Positions 1-13,784 are shown, counted from the first letter of the stretch. The stretch is DNA of 64,000 bases from Takakia lepidozioides (GCA_030704615.1 CM060731.1:13702001-13766000); one strand, 5' to 3'. Numbers and translations: made by a program. The notes: a model not told the origin generated them from the letters alone.

Positions 1-3000
1 AAAACATACCACCAAAAACCAGATCCTCTTTGGCCAAAGAACTTATAACCTAGCTCAATAATCCAAAGTTGCTGTCAAAGATCAAAAGGGAGGGTATGGT
101 TTGTATGCAAGCCTTAGAAAATAGGCCAGATAGGCCGAGCTGCGCATCGGCGGCAGAACGACAAAGGCCAGAACGCAGGCTGTAGCATGTCAAGCCAGGG
201 GCAGTCGGGATGAAATCGGGCGGCAGGCAGCAGCCACCTCACAGCGCACAAACCCCTAGGTCTCCTCAGCCCATATCCCAATCTGCATGCTCAAGAAACT
301 TCAAAGTGGGTGAGGATCCTCACCTGGTCCCATCACAAGCCCCCACAAAAACCAAAAGGTTAGTGAGGATTATGGAACCCCAGGTGAATCACAGACCCTC
401 ACACTTGTCATCGATGTCAATTCAGAAACTCAAAAGCAAGAGAAAGACATAAGAACATGAGAATCCCTAAACTCCAAAGGCACCTTAAGCGATTGGGGAA
501 GAGGGTTATGCGCCATCAGCCCCCGCAGCAAGCCGCCTCCACAAAGCACATAGCAATGAAGCAAAGCAGGCACAATCGCAAGGCACTAGAAAGGAGGGAG
601 AGAACTTCTCATCATAAGCATCCTTGCTAAGCACAAAAAAAGCCATAGGAGGGAAAATGCCACTGCATTCATAGCGGTGTTTCCCGCTACAAGAGAGACA
701 AGGCGCCGCCTTCGCGCCTCCCTAGGCGCTCGTCCAGCATGGGTACGAAACCACAAATAGGGCAGCCACCGAAGCACGTCTGCCATAACATTCTCCTCGC
801 GAGCTCAGCAGCAGTACATCACGTGCTTCTGACAGCGGGAGAGACGACATAGGGTTGTCCCTCGATTATTCATCCGTGGATAAAAAACAGTAGGACGCAT
901 CCGTATACCCTGACGGATTTCATCCGCATCAAGGTTAAAAATAGGTTTTGGGGTAGGGGTTAGGGTTTCCACCGTAATTAGTCATAATTAGGGGTAGTAA
1001 AGATCAATTCCATGCCATAATCACATCATCCGTAGACAAATCACTTGTGTCAGGATGAAAAAGTAGGGAATATCATCCGTGGCAGCGTCTTACCTCCATC
1101 TAGGTAATTCTATCATTCCTCACCAGACCATCCGGTATGGATAAAAAGAGTCAATAAAAGAGGAATGAAAAATTATCACCCTGGTAGTTTTTCATCCGGT
1201 ACGGATGGAAAAACAGGATGTTGTTGGCAACCTTCATAAGAGGTAATTCTTTTCTTCCATGGTGACTCATCCGGTATGGATGAGAGTCAATAAAGGAGGA
1301 ATGAAAAGGCCAAAAGAACCATCCTAGAGGTAATTCAGTGTCCATCCCGGTGGCTCATCCGGTATGGATGAAAAAGCCTGATAGAGGATGAGAAAACAAA
1401 AAGTCGACACTGATAGCAAACTGCCAATGCCTAGTAGAGAGGGAGATAGAGGGAGAGATGGGGCAACAATGAATAAAAATGGGTTGGTTCCATGCATATT
1501 GGGATATGAGCTGAGGAGACCTAGGGGTTTGTGCGCTGTGAGGTGGCTGCTGCCTGCAGCCCAACCCAACTGCCCCTGGCTTGACATGCTACAGCCTGCG
1601 TTCTAGCCTTTCTCGTTCTGCCACCGATGGCCTGACAGGCCTGTTTCCTGAGGCTTGCATACAAACCATACCCTCCCTTTTGATCTTTGACATGATCTTT
1701 ACTGGAACTATAAAACAAGGTACATGGTCTGGAGGTAGAAAGAGACATTTTTCCTTCAAGAGTTCCATGCTAAACATGCAAAGAACACCTTACTATGATC
1801 CAGTACACATCGGAAGCAGGCCCGAAAAGGAGCAGGGCGATGCCCTATCAGGCTGCCGCCATAACCTTCAAGGTCACCATGTCCATAGATACCCAAAACC
1901 GCCAAAAACATACCACCAAAAACCAGATCCTCTTTGGCCAAAACAAATTACAACCTAGCTCAATAATCCACAAGCCTTGCTGTCAAAGATCAAAAGATAG
2001 GGTATGGTTTGTATGCAAGCCTCAGGAAACAGGCCTGTCAGGCCGAGCTGCGCATCCGCGGCAGAACGACAAAGGCCAGAACGCAGGCTGTAGCATGTCA
2101 GGCCAGGGGCAGTCGGGTTGAAATCAGGGCTGCAGGCAGCAGCCACCTCACAGCGCACAAACCCCTAGGTCTCCTCAGCCCATATCCCAATCTGCATGCT
2201 CAAGAAACTTCAAAGTAGGTGAGGATCCTCACCTGGTCCCATCACAAGCCCCCATAAAAACCAACAGGTTAGTGAGGATTGTGGAACCCCAGGTGAATCA
2301 CAGACCCTCACACTTGTCATCGATGTCAACTAAGAAACTCAAAGCAAGAGAAAGAGATAAGAACATGAGAATCCCTAAACTCCAAAGGCACCTTAAGCGA
2401 TTGAGGAAGAGGGTTATGTGCCATCACCACCCGCAGCAAGCCGCCTCCACAAAGCACATAAGCAATTAAGCAAAGCAGGCACAACCGCAAGGCACTAGAA
2501 AAGAGGGAGAGAACTTCCCATCATAAGCATCTTTGCTAAGTACAAAAAAAGCCAGAGGAGGGAAGATGCCACTACTTTCATAGCGGTGTTTCCCGCTGCA
2601 TGAGAGACAAGGCGTCGCCTTCGCGCCCCCCAGACGCTCGTCCAACATGGGTACGACACCACAAATAGGGCAGCCACCGAAGCACGTTCGCTATAACACT
2701 CTCCTCGCGAGCTCAGAAGCACATCGCGTGCTTCTGACATTGGGAGAGACGACATAGGGTTGTCCCTCGATTATTCATCCGTGGATGAAAAACAGTAGGA
2801 CGAATCCGTATATCCTGACGGATTTCTTCCGCAACAAGGTTTAAAATAGGGTTTGGGGTAGGGGTTAGGGTTTCCACCGTAATTAATCATAATTAGGGGT
2901 AGTAAAGATCAATTCCAGGCGATATCATATCATCCATAGACAGATCATTTGTATCAGGATGAAAAAGTAGGGAATATCATCCGTGGCAACGTCTTACCTC

Positions 3001-4515
3001 CATCTAGGTAATTCTATCATTTCTCACCAGACCATCCGGTATGGATAAAAAGAGTCAATAAAAGAGGAATGAAAAGACCAAAAGAACCATCCTAGAGGTA
3101 ATTCAGTGTCCATCCTGGTGGCTCAGCCGGTATGGATGAAAAAACCTGATAGAGGATGAGAAAACAAGAAGTCAACACTGATAGCAAACTGCCAATTCCC
3201 AGTAGAGAGGGAGACAGAGGTAGAGAGGGACAGAGAGGGACAGAGAGAGGGAGTGAGAGGGAGAGATCAGGAAACAAAAAGAAAAAGAGGAAGGTGAGGG
3301 GGGGGGGGGGGGTGACTGAGTAGCAGCTGCTCAGTCACTCCCCCCCCCCCACCTTTTTTTTTTTATCCTTGTTGCCCCCTCTCTCCCTCTGTCTCTCTCT
3401 CTACTTGGAATTGGCAATTTGCTATCAGTGCTAACTTCTTGTTTTCTCATCCTCTATTAGGCTTTTTCATCCATACCGGATTAGCCACCAGGATGGACAC
3501 TGAACCCTCTAGGATGGTTCTTTTTGGCCTTTTCATTCCTCCTTTATTGACTCTCATCCATACCGGATGAGTCACCATGGAAGAAAAGAATTACCTCTAT
3601 GAAGGTTGCCAACAACATCCTGTTTTTCCATCCGTACCAGATGAAAAACTACCAGGGTGATAATTTTTCATTCCTCTTTTATTGACTCTTTTTATCCATA
3701 CCGAATGGTCTGGTGAGGAATGATAGAATTACCTAGATGGAGGTAAGACGCTGCCACGGATGATATTCCCTACTTTTTCATCCTCACACAAGTGATCTGT
3801 CTATGGATGATGTGATTATGGCATGGAATTGATCTTTACTACCCCTAATTATGATTAATTACGGTGGAAACCCTAACCCTACCCCAAAACCTATTTTTAA
3901 CCTTGCTGCGGATCTCTCCCGCTGTCAGAATCACGCGATGTGCTTCTGAGCTCGCGAGGAGAGTGTTATGGCGGACGTGCTTCGGTGGTTGCCCCGTTTG
4001 TGGTGTCGTAACCATGCTGGACGAGCGCCTTGGGGGGCGCGAAGGCGGCGCCTTGTCTCTCTTGCAACGGGAAACACCGCTATGAAAGCAGTGGCATCTT
4101 CCCTCCTTTGGCTTTTTTTGTGCTTAGCAAGGGTGCTTATGATGAGAAGTTCTCTCGATCCTTTCTAGTGCCTTGCGATTGTGCTTGCTTTGCTTCATTG
4201 CTTATGTGCTTTCGATGCGCAGCTCGGCCTGACTGGCCTGTTTCCTGAGGCTTGCATACAAACCATACCCTACCTTTTGATCTTTGACAACAAGGCCTTT
4301 GGATTATTGAGCTAGGTTGTAAGTTCTTTTGGCTAAAGAGGATCTGGTTTCTGGTGGTATGTTTTTGGCGGTTTTGGGTATCTATGTACATGGTGACCTT
4401 GAAGGTTATGGCGGCAGCCTGATAGGGCACCGCCCTGCTCCTTTTCGGGCTTGCTTCTGATGTGTACTGGATCATAGTAAGGTGTTCTTTGCATGTTTAG
4501 CACGGAACTCTTGAA
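1..4515. repeat. Complex direct and inverted duplication block (about 1.9 kb period, plus a giant palindrome centred near 3325)
   Basis: Bases 1-1470 recur at about 1905-3270. Bases 3390-4515 are a reverse-complement copy of the same modules, and 1497-1690 is an inverted copy of about 70-275. Many CATCCG/GGATG motifs. Confidence 0.9.
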
Positions 4516-5369
4516 GGATGAGGATGGTAAGCTGCAATGGGATCCTATCTATAGTTTTGGCTCTGTCATGACATCAGGCCTATGACCTGCAATCTGGTTT
4601 TTTATATGCAAAAGAGGCTGGATCTCGGCTGTTCAAGCTGCTTGTAGGTACAAGTCGTGAACCTGCATTTTGACGGGCTGAATTCACATTCCCTTGACAC
4701 CTTGTATGATCACATGTCTCGGGGTGAATACAAATGATATGGAATCTATTTCATCTTGCCCAAGTTGGACTGCTTGGTGGCATATTGTGATTCTGACAAA
4801 CTGTAGGCTGGTCCTTATGCCTTGGCTGATGCATGATCTGCCATAATTAATGGCTGAAAAGGTAAGTTGCTGCAACCCGTGGATCATTTCCAAGATACCT
4901 GTGTGAAAACGTGTCTTGAAATGGTAATAGGGCAGGCTGGACCATGGTACCTTGCCCTTTGCATGACCTCAGCATTTTTGTGCTCCTTCAATACATGACC
5001 TGCTGGTAAGGTATGTGTACAGGCTGAACCAAGAGGCCTTGCAGCCTACACAGGGGCATCAATATCTTATCTTGTCCCACACATGAACAAATGATTCATT
5101 GGCCAAGATGGCCGGATCTCGGGTGTTCAAGATGCTTGCATCCCCTACATGAACAAACCCCGCCGTCCCACCCTGTTTTATCATGATTGATTGGGTGATG
5201 TCAATTCATGGGAAGCTATGACAAGAACAGAAATGTTAGATGGTGCCCTGTTTTGGGTTGTTTATGTCTTTAATTGACAATGACCCTAGTGGGTCTTGTC
5301 CATGTCTTGACATGATCTTCCCGCTCCCTCTCTCTTTTTAACTTTTTCTGCATAGGGGTCAACTCTGAG

Positions 5370-5480
5370 GTTAAGAAAACCATGCTTTGTCGCATTATTA
5401 GACCTGCCTTGGAGTACGGATCTGCAATATGGGTTGATAAATCTGACTTATGTAAAGTCCAAAGCCATGTATGTCGCCAT
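5370..5480 (+). mobile_element. LINE reverse transcriptase C-terminal fragment
   Basis: Translates as KKTMLCRIIRPALEYGSAIW, matching the non-LTR RT downstream motif (..RPxLEYGxxxW). Confidence 0.55.
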
Positions 5481-5538
5481 GAGATTGTCTGATGAAAATG
5501 AAGTTAGGCAGAAACTTCCCTGAAGTTGTTTCCAGTCA

Positions 5539-8500
5539 GTGACATGGGGGAGGACATCTTGGATGACCTCAAGGGTCTACCCACTCTCGGCACTAGTCTG
5601 GAGGGCTCGTCTGCCCCCCGAGGCTAGTACCCCCGCTCTTGTCCACATCTTGGATGCGCTAGGGGCCGGCTCAGCCAGCTCTCCTATTTGGGAGGTTGTT
5701 GTTGAGCCGGATGCTCAGTTGAGCACACCCCCGGCCACCAAGACGGGTGAAATGTACCTTGGCAAGCACATCACCCGTTCGGGGGCCCGGTATGGGCAAC
5801 TTTTGGATGTCACCCCCATAGCGACCCCTTCCTCCGCAGCAAAGGCTGCACTTGCCAAGGCCCAACGTCATGTTCAAGGGCCTTTGAAAACCTCCATTGC
5901 CAGCCCATTGTTGTCGATGAGGGAGGAGGAGACGAGGAGGGCCAATGAAGTGGCCAAGATAGCGAAGCGCCTCGAAGAAGTCAAGCTGGGTGAGGGCTTC
6001 TACCCTGATACGCATTTGGGGGGGGGGGGGGGGAGAGGAGGATGGGCCGGTTTGGAGCAGCCTAGCCGATCAGCGACACCGCCCCCTGAGCCTGAGCGGT
6101 CAGCAAAGAAGGGCCTGGACTACGGGCGCCGCCGCCGGCTATGCTCCACATCTGGAATCTACTTCCTGGCGCTCCGGGAGGGGATAGAGTGGGCACATCC
6201 GGCAACGGGGACTCCTGCCACATCGGGTGACACCGGGGCGAGTCGGACAAGCTTGCAAAGGTACAATTGTCGCACCTTGTTCCATGATTTATCCTTTCCT
6301 TTGCATGCATGATTTTATTTGTTGTTGTTTTTTTTTTTTTTGAATATGGAGGGGTTATTTGTCTTCAGGAGGCAGCAACATGGCTGGCCTCATTGATGCA
6401 GTCCAGTGGGGTTGCCAATGAGGGAGAGCACGTGGTGTTCATGAAGGACCCAAACACCAAAGGTAAGAAGAAGAGGCCTCGATCTCCGGAGATCCCTTTT
6501 ACCATCAATGAATGGGTTGCCGAGGAGAGAGAGAAAAGGGAGAGGGAGAAGGAGAGAGAGGAAGTAGCGGGGAAGGGGAATGAGATGGTCGTGGAGAGGG
6601 GAAGGAAAAGAAGAAGAAGTCCCATGGAGAGGAAGGGGTGAGTGTGCATGCGGGGGAGGGCAGTGGGGTAACAAAGGAGCAGGGGAAGGAGGCTACAAAG
6701 AAGGGAGAGGGTGGGAAGAAGAACATGGCCTTGACGATACAAGACGTGGAGTTGGCAAAGATCATGGTGCCACCAGTGGAGGTGAATCGCCATAGTGACC
6801 CCTGCGGTGCATTCTGGGAGGCTATGAAGAAGCTAGCCTTCGAACTCGCATTGAGGTGGTTCCCTTTGCACATCGAGTGGGCTAATCAGCACTTTGGCGC
6901 GAAGCGGGCGTATACTCGTCCGGGCAATTGGAGTGACACAAGGGTGATGGAGATGGTGGGGCGAAACTTGAAGGACAGGAGTTACTGTGCCAGACAGATC
7001 ATTCGGAGGGCAATGAAAAAGGGAGCCATACCCAAACCACCTTATGGAATCACACAAGTTGGCAAATCTTGAATCATGTCACCTTCCATTTGTCGCATGT
7101 GCATTAATGAGGTGGATTCGATGCAACGTATGTGTATAATTCATTAATTGTTTGGGGGGGGGGGGGGGCATAGGTATCGTGGGATGCACTCATTGAGGGA
7201 GAGACTGATGCCGCAAACAAGGCCAAATTTGACCGGGCACGCAAAGCAACAACAGTCCGCCTTGACAAGCACGAATCCACACACAAGTGGGGCGCCGACA
7301 GATCCAAGGGTTTTATCTTGCGATTTGTAAGTCGTACTTCCCTATGGATTTTGTTATGTCTTCTTTCTGGCTCCATCATCGCGAAGAACTGACTTTAATT
7401 TGTGGCATGTGTAGCAACGTGCGTTTGAGAGGAAGCCATCTCCGGTAGAGTACAACTACGCCAAGGAGCATGGTTGGCAATCCCTCATGAAGAACATGGC
7501 CAACACGGAGGGGATGAGTGCACTACAGGGTACTAGTATGGATGAGGTCGGGGGTCATGGCCAGGGATTGGATGAGAGCTTTGTGGACTTAGGGGAACGC
7601 CGCCTCATTTAGGTGCTCTGGCAAAGGGCGCGGAGTCATCAGGCTCATCGGATAGCTCTGAGTCCTCCACTGAGGATGAGGATGAGGATAACTAGTCCTA
7701 GTCCATGTAGGTCCCAGGGTCAGCCTACTGAACCCTTGTGAGCTTTTCAGCTCATTTCCTGTAAATATATTTCCATCTTTCCATCTTCCATCTTATTCAT
7801 GTGTCGCACCGTCCTCACCCTCGATTCATGCTTGCTCAATGTGTACCTGCTAAATCAGAGAAATGGAACGGTAAGGTCTCCCGTCCCCAAAACAAAACCA
7901 GGCAAAAAACAAAACCCCCATTCCACCCCCAAAATCAACCCCCAACCCCCCCTCCCCCCCCCCCCCCCCCCCCCCCACCACCAGGCTCCCTCGCGACTGT
8001 AGGATGTCGCCATTGGCGACATGCTTTTGGGCGGGGGTCGCAAGCCGCGATGGTCGGGCGTTGCAAATCCCATTTGCGGGCGGCAACGCCCGACACCCCC
8101 TGCGACGTGTTTTTTTGGTCCGGGGGTCGCAAGCCACGACGCCCTAGTGTCGCAGAGCCGCCACCCTACCTGCGCCACGTTTATTATTATTATTATTAAA
8201 TATAAAACAAAAGCGACGCCACAGCGTCGCAAAAACCCACGCCCGGGCGTGGCGGAGCCCGACTCCTGCTCCTGCTATTTTTTTTTGCCACGCCCAATAG
8301 TCGCTTGGCATACCACCCGGCTTACGCCACGTGTTTTTGGGTTTTAGGATGGGACTCCTGGGCAGGTTAGGAAAAAAAAGGGATGCGACGCCGCGCCGGC
8401 GCCCCCAACAATGCCGTCGGCTGGAGGGTCACGACGACGAGACGTCGCTCGACGGAGGACCCTGCCATCGGCGCGGACGGCCTGACATTCGGCAGCCGCG

Positions 8501-8676
8501 GGAGTTGGGGCGGGGCTCGCGACCCCCTACGTCGCATTTTTGTGACGTCATTTTGGTGACGCCCATGCGACTGCCGGGCGTCGCAAATTCTACGCCCGCC
8601 GCGTGCCCGAAAAGGGCGTTTTCCCGATGCTGCGGCGTGGCACGGACGTCGCAAAGGCCCCCCTTTTCCTGTAGTG
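5539..8676 (+). mobile_element. CACTA/EnSpm element, right part: degenerate ORF2/TnpA-like coding, GTCGC-rich subterminal repeats, right TIR
   Basis: Ends in ...CCCCTTTTCCTGTAGTG (8676), the reverse complement of CACTACAGGAAAAGG. Dense GTCGC/GCGAC repeats in both orientations at 7990-8660. The broken ORFs at 5539-7690, ending in an acidic tail, are assigned to the accessory ORF only by position. Left TIR not found in the window. Confidence 0.65.
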
Positions 8677-9119
8677 ATCGTACAGCTGAATTACTTGTCT
8701 GCAACTCTATCGCCCTCTCTTAAAAAAAAAACAAAAATGAAGGTTGGGGGGGGGGGGTAGACATTGGGAAGGTTCAGGGTTGACTCACACAAACAGATAT
8801 AGAGTGTTAGATGGGACAACCCAGAACGTGCGGATAGCTTGTGTCCAACATGCATTAGAGCAGGCAGACAAGAGATTGAGGCTGAAGAACATTTCTTCCT
8901 CCCGTTTCCTCTCTACTAAAGTATCTGGGCCTGTTACAGTGTCTGTTCCGGGACAGCCAATCAGACCTTGCTGAGGTCTTCCATTATATGAGGACCAGAA
9001 GTGCCCGGCAGCATATGTATATGAGGCCCTTCACCTTAGAGAATCTCATAATGCTGAATCTAGACTGAGAGTTTTTGGGCTGCTTGTTGAGGCCCTCACG
9101 TCCTTATTGTATGATACTT

Positions 9120-9950
9120 TCTTTATCCACATTTTGGAATAGTTCTCCAAAGACTATGGGCTGCAAGTCAATCTTAGCAAGACCAAGATCATGGTCTTCA
9201 ATGGTCAGGCTGATCATAGATTCATCTTCAACCACTAGGAAATTGAGATTGTGAAATCAGACCGGTATCTGGGTCTGGTTATCCATCCCCCCAAATTCCA
9301 CTTTGCAGCCACTGCCCTGGACAGATCAACTAAAGGGAAGGCGGCCTCCCCCCAACCAAAAAGTGGTTGTTTGACAACGTCGTCAACCCTGCTACCCTCT
9401 ATGGTTGTGAATTATGGGCACCTGATGTTCCTGTCTCCTGGTGAGAAAAGAATTTGGAACCATTGCAGTCATCTTTTCTCCAAGCAATGCTTGGCGCCAG
9501 AAGCACAACTCCATCTCATATCCTAGGTGCAGAGTTCGCATGCGTGCCACTGCAAACCGAGGCCCTCTTCCGGCTTACAATCTTTCTCCATAGATTACAG
9601 GCCCTTCCACCCAAGAGGCTCGTGGCAAGAGCCCTCGCAACATCTATGAGGCTCAAAGCTATAGGTTTCAGGCACTCCTGGTATGCTCGAGTGGACAGTT
9701 TATTTCAGCGCAATGGACTCTCTACTGCTTCCCTATTACCAATGAATCCAGAAGGGGGGGACATCACATCCAGACATGACCGCAACAGACTCATGATTAG
9801 GAGAGGACTTATGGAATTACATGTCAAGAGAACTTGGGAGCTACCCAATCTCACGACAAACCTCCACTTCTATCGAGAGACATTCTTGGTGCTCCGAGAT
9901 GATAGAATCTTGAGGCCAAATTACCTTTCAGCATCACATACTTCCACCCA
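9120..9950 (+). mobile_element. LINE (non-LTR) RT 3' fragment, frameshifted
   Basis: YGLQVNLSKTKIMVF...EIEIVKSDRYLGL and LQAMLGARSTTPSHILGAEF are typical non-LTR RT domain-7/thumb motifs. Confidence 0.85.
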
Positions 9951-10393
9951 ACTAACCAGCTTACTTGCAGAATTCAACATGGAAATTTAGGGCCAATTCT
10001 GATAAGAGGGAAAAATATGGTGAAATGTGTTGACGAATGTGCCTTGATTACCAGTGCCTGATTTTATCAGTTGTGTCGTTGCTGCTGCGGCATCCAGTTG
10101 ACCATCTACCCATGCAGGTTTCTTGTAGCTATTGATCCACAGGGAATCATAAGTAATCTTATGCTTGAAATCTGGCCTTCTTGGATGAATCTGGACCCAC
10201 TCTCTATCCCTGCTCCTTTAGCTATCTCTGCCTCTGCACAAATCATGCACACATCCTTGCCTTGCTCCTTGCAGCTAACAATGACAGCCTGTATTTGTTC
10301 CAGCAAACACCCTAACCCTACTTATCACACTAGTTCATATGCTGACGACTATGATAACAAGGAAAACAGGCTGAAATGTGTTGAAGAAGGTGC

Positions 10394-11300
10394 TCATAAG
10401 TCTCCAAAGCCTCCATCCCGCCCTTGTTGTGCATATCTTGCAATCATCGCACTCCATGACACCACATCTCGTTCAGCCATACTATTGAACACTCCCTTTG
10501 CATCCTCGATGCACCCACATTTTGCATACATGTCCACGAGAGTACTGTTCAGAAGGACATTGGGTACAATTCCAGCTTTTCTTTGCCCTTTTCCAGGGCT
10601 GCCAGGCTTGCACATGCATTGCAAATGCCATCAAACGTGATGTGGTCGGGCTTCACCCCTTCCGCCATCATTTGATCATAGGTCTCGAAAGCCTCCTTCC
10701 TGCGGCCTTGCTGTGCATACCTCGCAAGCATCGTGTTCCAATGCACCACATCTCGTTCAGCCATACTGTTGAAAACTCCCTTCGCATCCTCGATGCACCC
10801 ACATTTCGCATATATGTCCACGAGTGTATTGTTCAGAATGATGTCGGGTACAATTCCAGCTCTGATGATGTCACCTTTGCCTTTTCCAGGGTTGCCAGGC
10901 TCGTACACGCATTGCATATACAAACGAACGTGACCGGGTCTGGCTTTACCCCTTCCCGCATCGTTTGCTTATAGGACTCCATCCCGCATCCATGCTGGGG
11001 ATTATCCAGCAATCGTCACACTCCAGGACACGACATTTCATTCAGCCATATTCTCAAACACTTCATTTGTATCCAATACTGCCACATTTGGCATACATGT
11101 CCCCCAAGGTATTGTCCAGAATGACATCGGGTACAATTCCAAATTTGACAATGGCACCATGGACCTTTTACCCTTTTCCAGGGCTGCCATGCCCGCACAC
11201 GCATTGCAAACACAACCCGGTCCGGCTTCACCCCTTCCCTCATTATTTGCTCATACGTCTCCGAAGCCTCTATACCACGCCCCGGATGTGCATATCCTCG
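10394..11300 (-). pseudogene. PLS-type pentatricopeptide repeat (PPR) fragments, frameshifted; transposon cargo
   Basis: Repeated NTLVDMYAKCGCIEDAKGVFNSMAERDVVSW and EGVKPDHITF motifs split over several frames. Confidence 0.9.
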
Positions 11301-13784
11301 CCCCCTATCCCACTAGCTCCGCTCGTCATTGTATATTGAGAAAAAGCCACACCTTGCGATCGCGGTTGTCCCACCATCGTGCACGCCTTCATGCCCCGAT
11401 TCTAGGTCTTGAGTCCCTGTCTGCCCCCTATCCCACCAGATCCGCTCGTCATTGTATATTGAGAAAAAATTACACCTTGCGATCGCGGTTGTCCCACCAT
11501 CGTGCACCGCCTCATGCCCCGATTCGAGTTCTTGAGTTGTCTGCCCCTATCCCAAAAGCTCCATCGTCGTTAACAATGCCACAAATGGCAGGGAAGGACA
11601 AAAAAACGCTAAGTTCCCCTCTACTCATGACTGGTGGATGAATGTAGCGATAGATGGATGGATTTGGGTTTGCCATCAACACACAAACCACTAAAGTTTT
11701 TCATGTATCACCATCGAAGTAATACCAATCACTGGTGTGTATGTAATCACTCACGCGTAACCACTGGCCGAGTGGTTCCAGTTACTAAAAGGTCTGTAAC
11801 CACTCACTCTACATCCACTCTCAAAGTGGTACCAATCAATGGGGGTCTTTAACCACTCCAGATCTACGTATACTGTCCCCGACACGTGGAATAATATAGT
11901 TCATAATTAAAATATTTTCAAAATGATAAATCTTAACAAAAAAATTGAATTATTACACGTGGAGTAGCAAGTGGTTCAATCACCTCCCATAACTCAGGTG
12001 TCTTCAACCACTCACACCCACCACAGAAGTGGTACCAATCACTCACATGTATGTAACCACTCACAAGTGCCCACTTGAAGAGTGGTTCCAGATACAAAAG
12101 GGTCTTAACCACTCATCATTGTGCAAGTGGTACCAATCACTGGGGGTCTTTAACCACTCCAGATCCACGTATACTATCCTCGTCCACGTGGAATAATATA
12201 TTTTGAAATGATAAAAATCAAAAAACAAAGAATTATTACACGTGGAGTACAAAGTGGTTTCAACCACTTCCCATCACTGAGGTGTCTTTAACCACTCATA
12301 ATTTATCACTGTACTCGTCCATGTCGGATATTATCATTATTAATATAAAATATTGACCAAATATCGAATAATAAATATAAAATTAAATATTACACGTGGA
12401 TTACTCAGTGGTTGAAACCACTTCCAACCACTCCATATGATGACACCATGGCATTTCATCGGAATTAACCACTGGCCAGTGGTTACCATTACTTGGAGTG
12501 ATTTATAGAGTGGTAAAAGACAAGAGTGGTTAAAAGGGCTAGTGGTTATTCCACATTTTCCTTCTAGTGCAAGGCTTTATCACACAAAGCATGAAACTTC
12601 CCAAGAACTCTCTCCCTTGGTCCGTGAGTACTTTAGCTGGAGCACCGATTCGGCTAAGCACACGATCCAAGAATGCATACGTAGCCCCCTCACTAGCCTT
12701 GTCAGGCAATGGAACCAACTCAATCCACTTGGAGAAGTGCTCCACCATCACCAACACATATCTGTGGTGACGCATAGTCAGTGGCAACGGTCCTGCGAAG
12801 TCAAGACTCCACCTGTAGCCCAATCCCATGATTGGTAAAGGATGCAACTATGGTGTAGGGGCGTTGAATGAAGCACGCACCCTGTCACACACCATGCCAC
12901 TAGCCACGAAGTGTTGCACCTCTGTATGCATACCACGCCACCAATACTGCCCCTGCAGTAAACTGTGAGTGCGTCGCACTCCAAAATGCCCCAACTCCTC
13001 ATGGGCATGCCGCACTATTGTGCACGCTGTGTTGGGTGAGGCACAATCCTCACCCGACCATCCTCCCACACTCGGAGCAGGTGTATCCCCTCCCACTTGA
13101 ACCTCTTTGCTCGTTGCAGGATCCGATCCCTCTCCCTGGCAATCATAGTGGCTGTCGTATCTCCAGTGCGGAGGTAATCCAACACAGCCGAATCCTCATG
13201 TATATCTCTGGCACCACCTGACTCATCACTAGCCTCAGGGTCCTCAGACACTCCGTCTACAGTCATCCCTGTTGTAGGTCCAACCTGACCTCCCGATGCC
13301 AAGATACACAAAAATGCAGATGCGTGTCATCTCCTCGCCCGTTTCACCATGTCACCGAGCTCTAGTGTCATCCTGCTGGCTCGTGCATGGATTGCGACTC
13401 AATCCATCCACATCCCGATTGACCAACCCGGTCGAGCACAACTGAAAGTCATACTCCTGGAGTATGAGTGCCCACCGTGCAAGCTTCCCCGTAAGCTTGT
13501 CTGACTTCATCAGCCACTTGAGGGGCTGGTGATCCGTAATAAGGATGAAGAGATTGCCATATAGATAGCACCTGAAGTGTGCCACGACCCACACTACAGC
13601 TAAGCACTCTCCCTCATATGAGCTATATTTAGCCTCTGCAGCATTGTTCGAGCGGCTAGCATAAGCCACTACGAACTCTCTTGGCCTCTACCTTAGTCTG
13701 CTGTACCCCCAATCCTCCAGGATATATCATGTGACCCAGATAAGCTGAGCAGCGTAGGTAATGCTGCTCGTGGTTGACCCACCC

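Larger units (their letters stand above)
8677..12569. mobile_element. Second CACTA element (Pack-type), right part with AACCACT subterminal repeats and terminal TIR
   Basis: Ends in ...CCACATTTTCCTTCTAGTG (12569), the reverse complement of CACTAGAAGGAAAATGTGG. AACCACT/AGTGGT repeats in both orientations at 11690-12550. It truncates the Gypsy integrase at 12570. The left boundary is not visible, so the start coordinate is arbitrary. Confidence 0.7.

Noticed and set aside
210-4475. Numerous 60-125 aa ORFs in the duplicated block
   Set aside because: Frames and stops differ between copies and no domain is recognisable.
7521-7530. CACTACAGGG as a left TIR for the 8676 end
   Set aside because: The match stops after 9 bp, there is no matching TSD (GTG versus ATC) and no adjacent subterminal repeats.
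7799-8723. Overlapping GC-rich ORFs on both strands
   Set aside because: By-product of GC-rich CACTA subterminal repeats.
11690-12550. Regularly spaced AACCACT repeats resembling a CRISPR-like array
   Set aside because: Repeats are short, degenerate and in both orientations next to a CACTA terminus. They are subterminal repeats, with no cas genes and a eukaryotic context.
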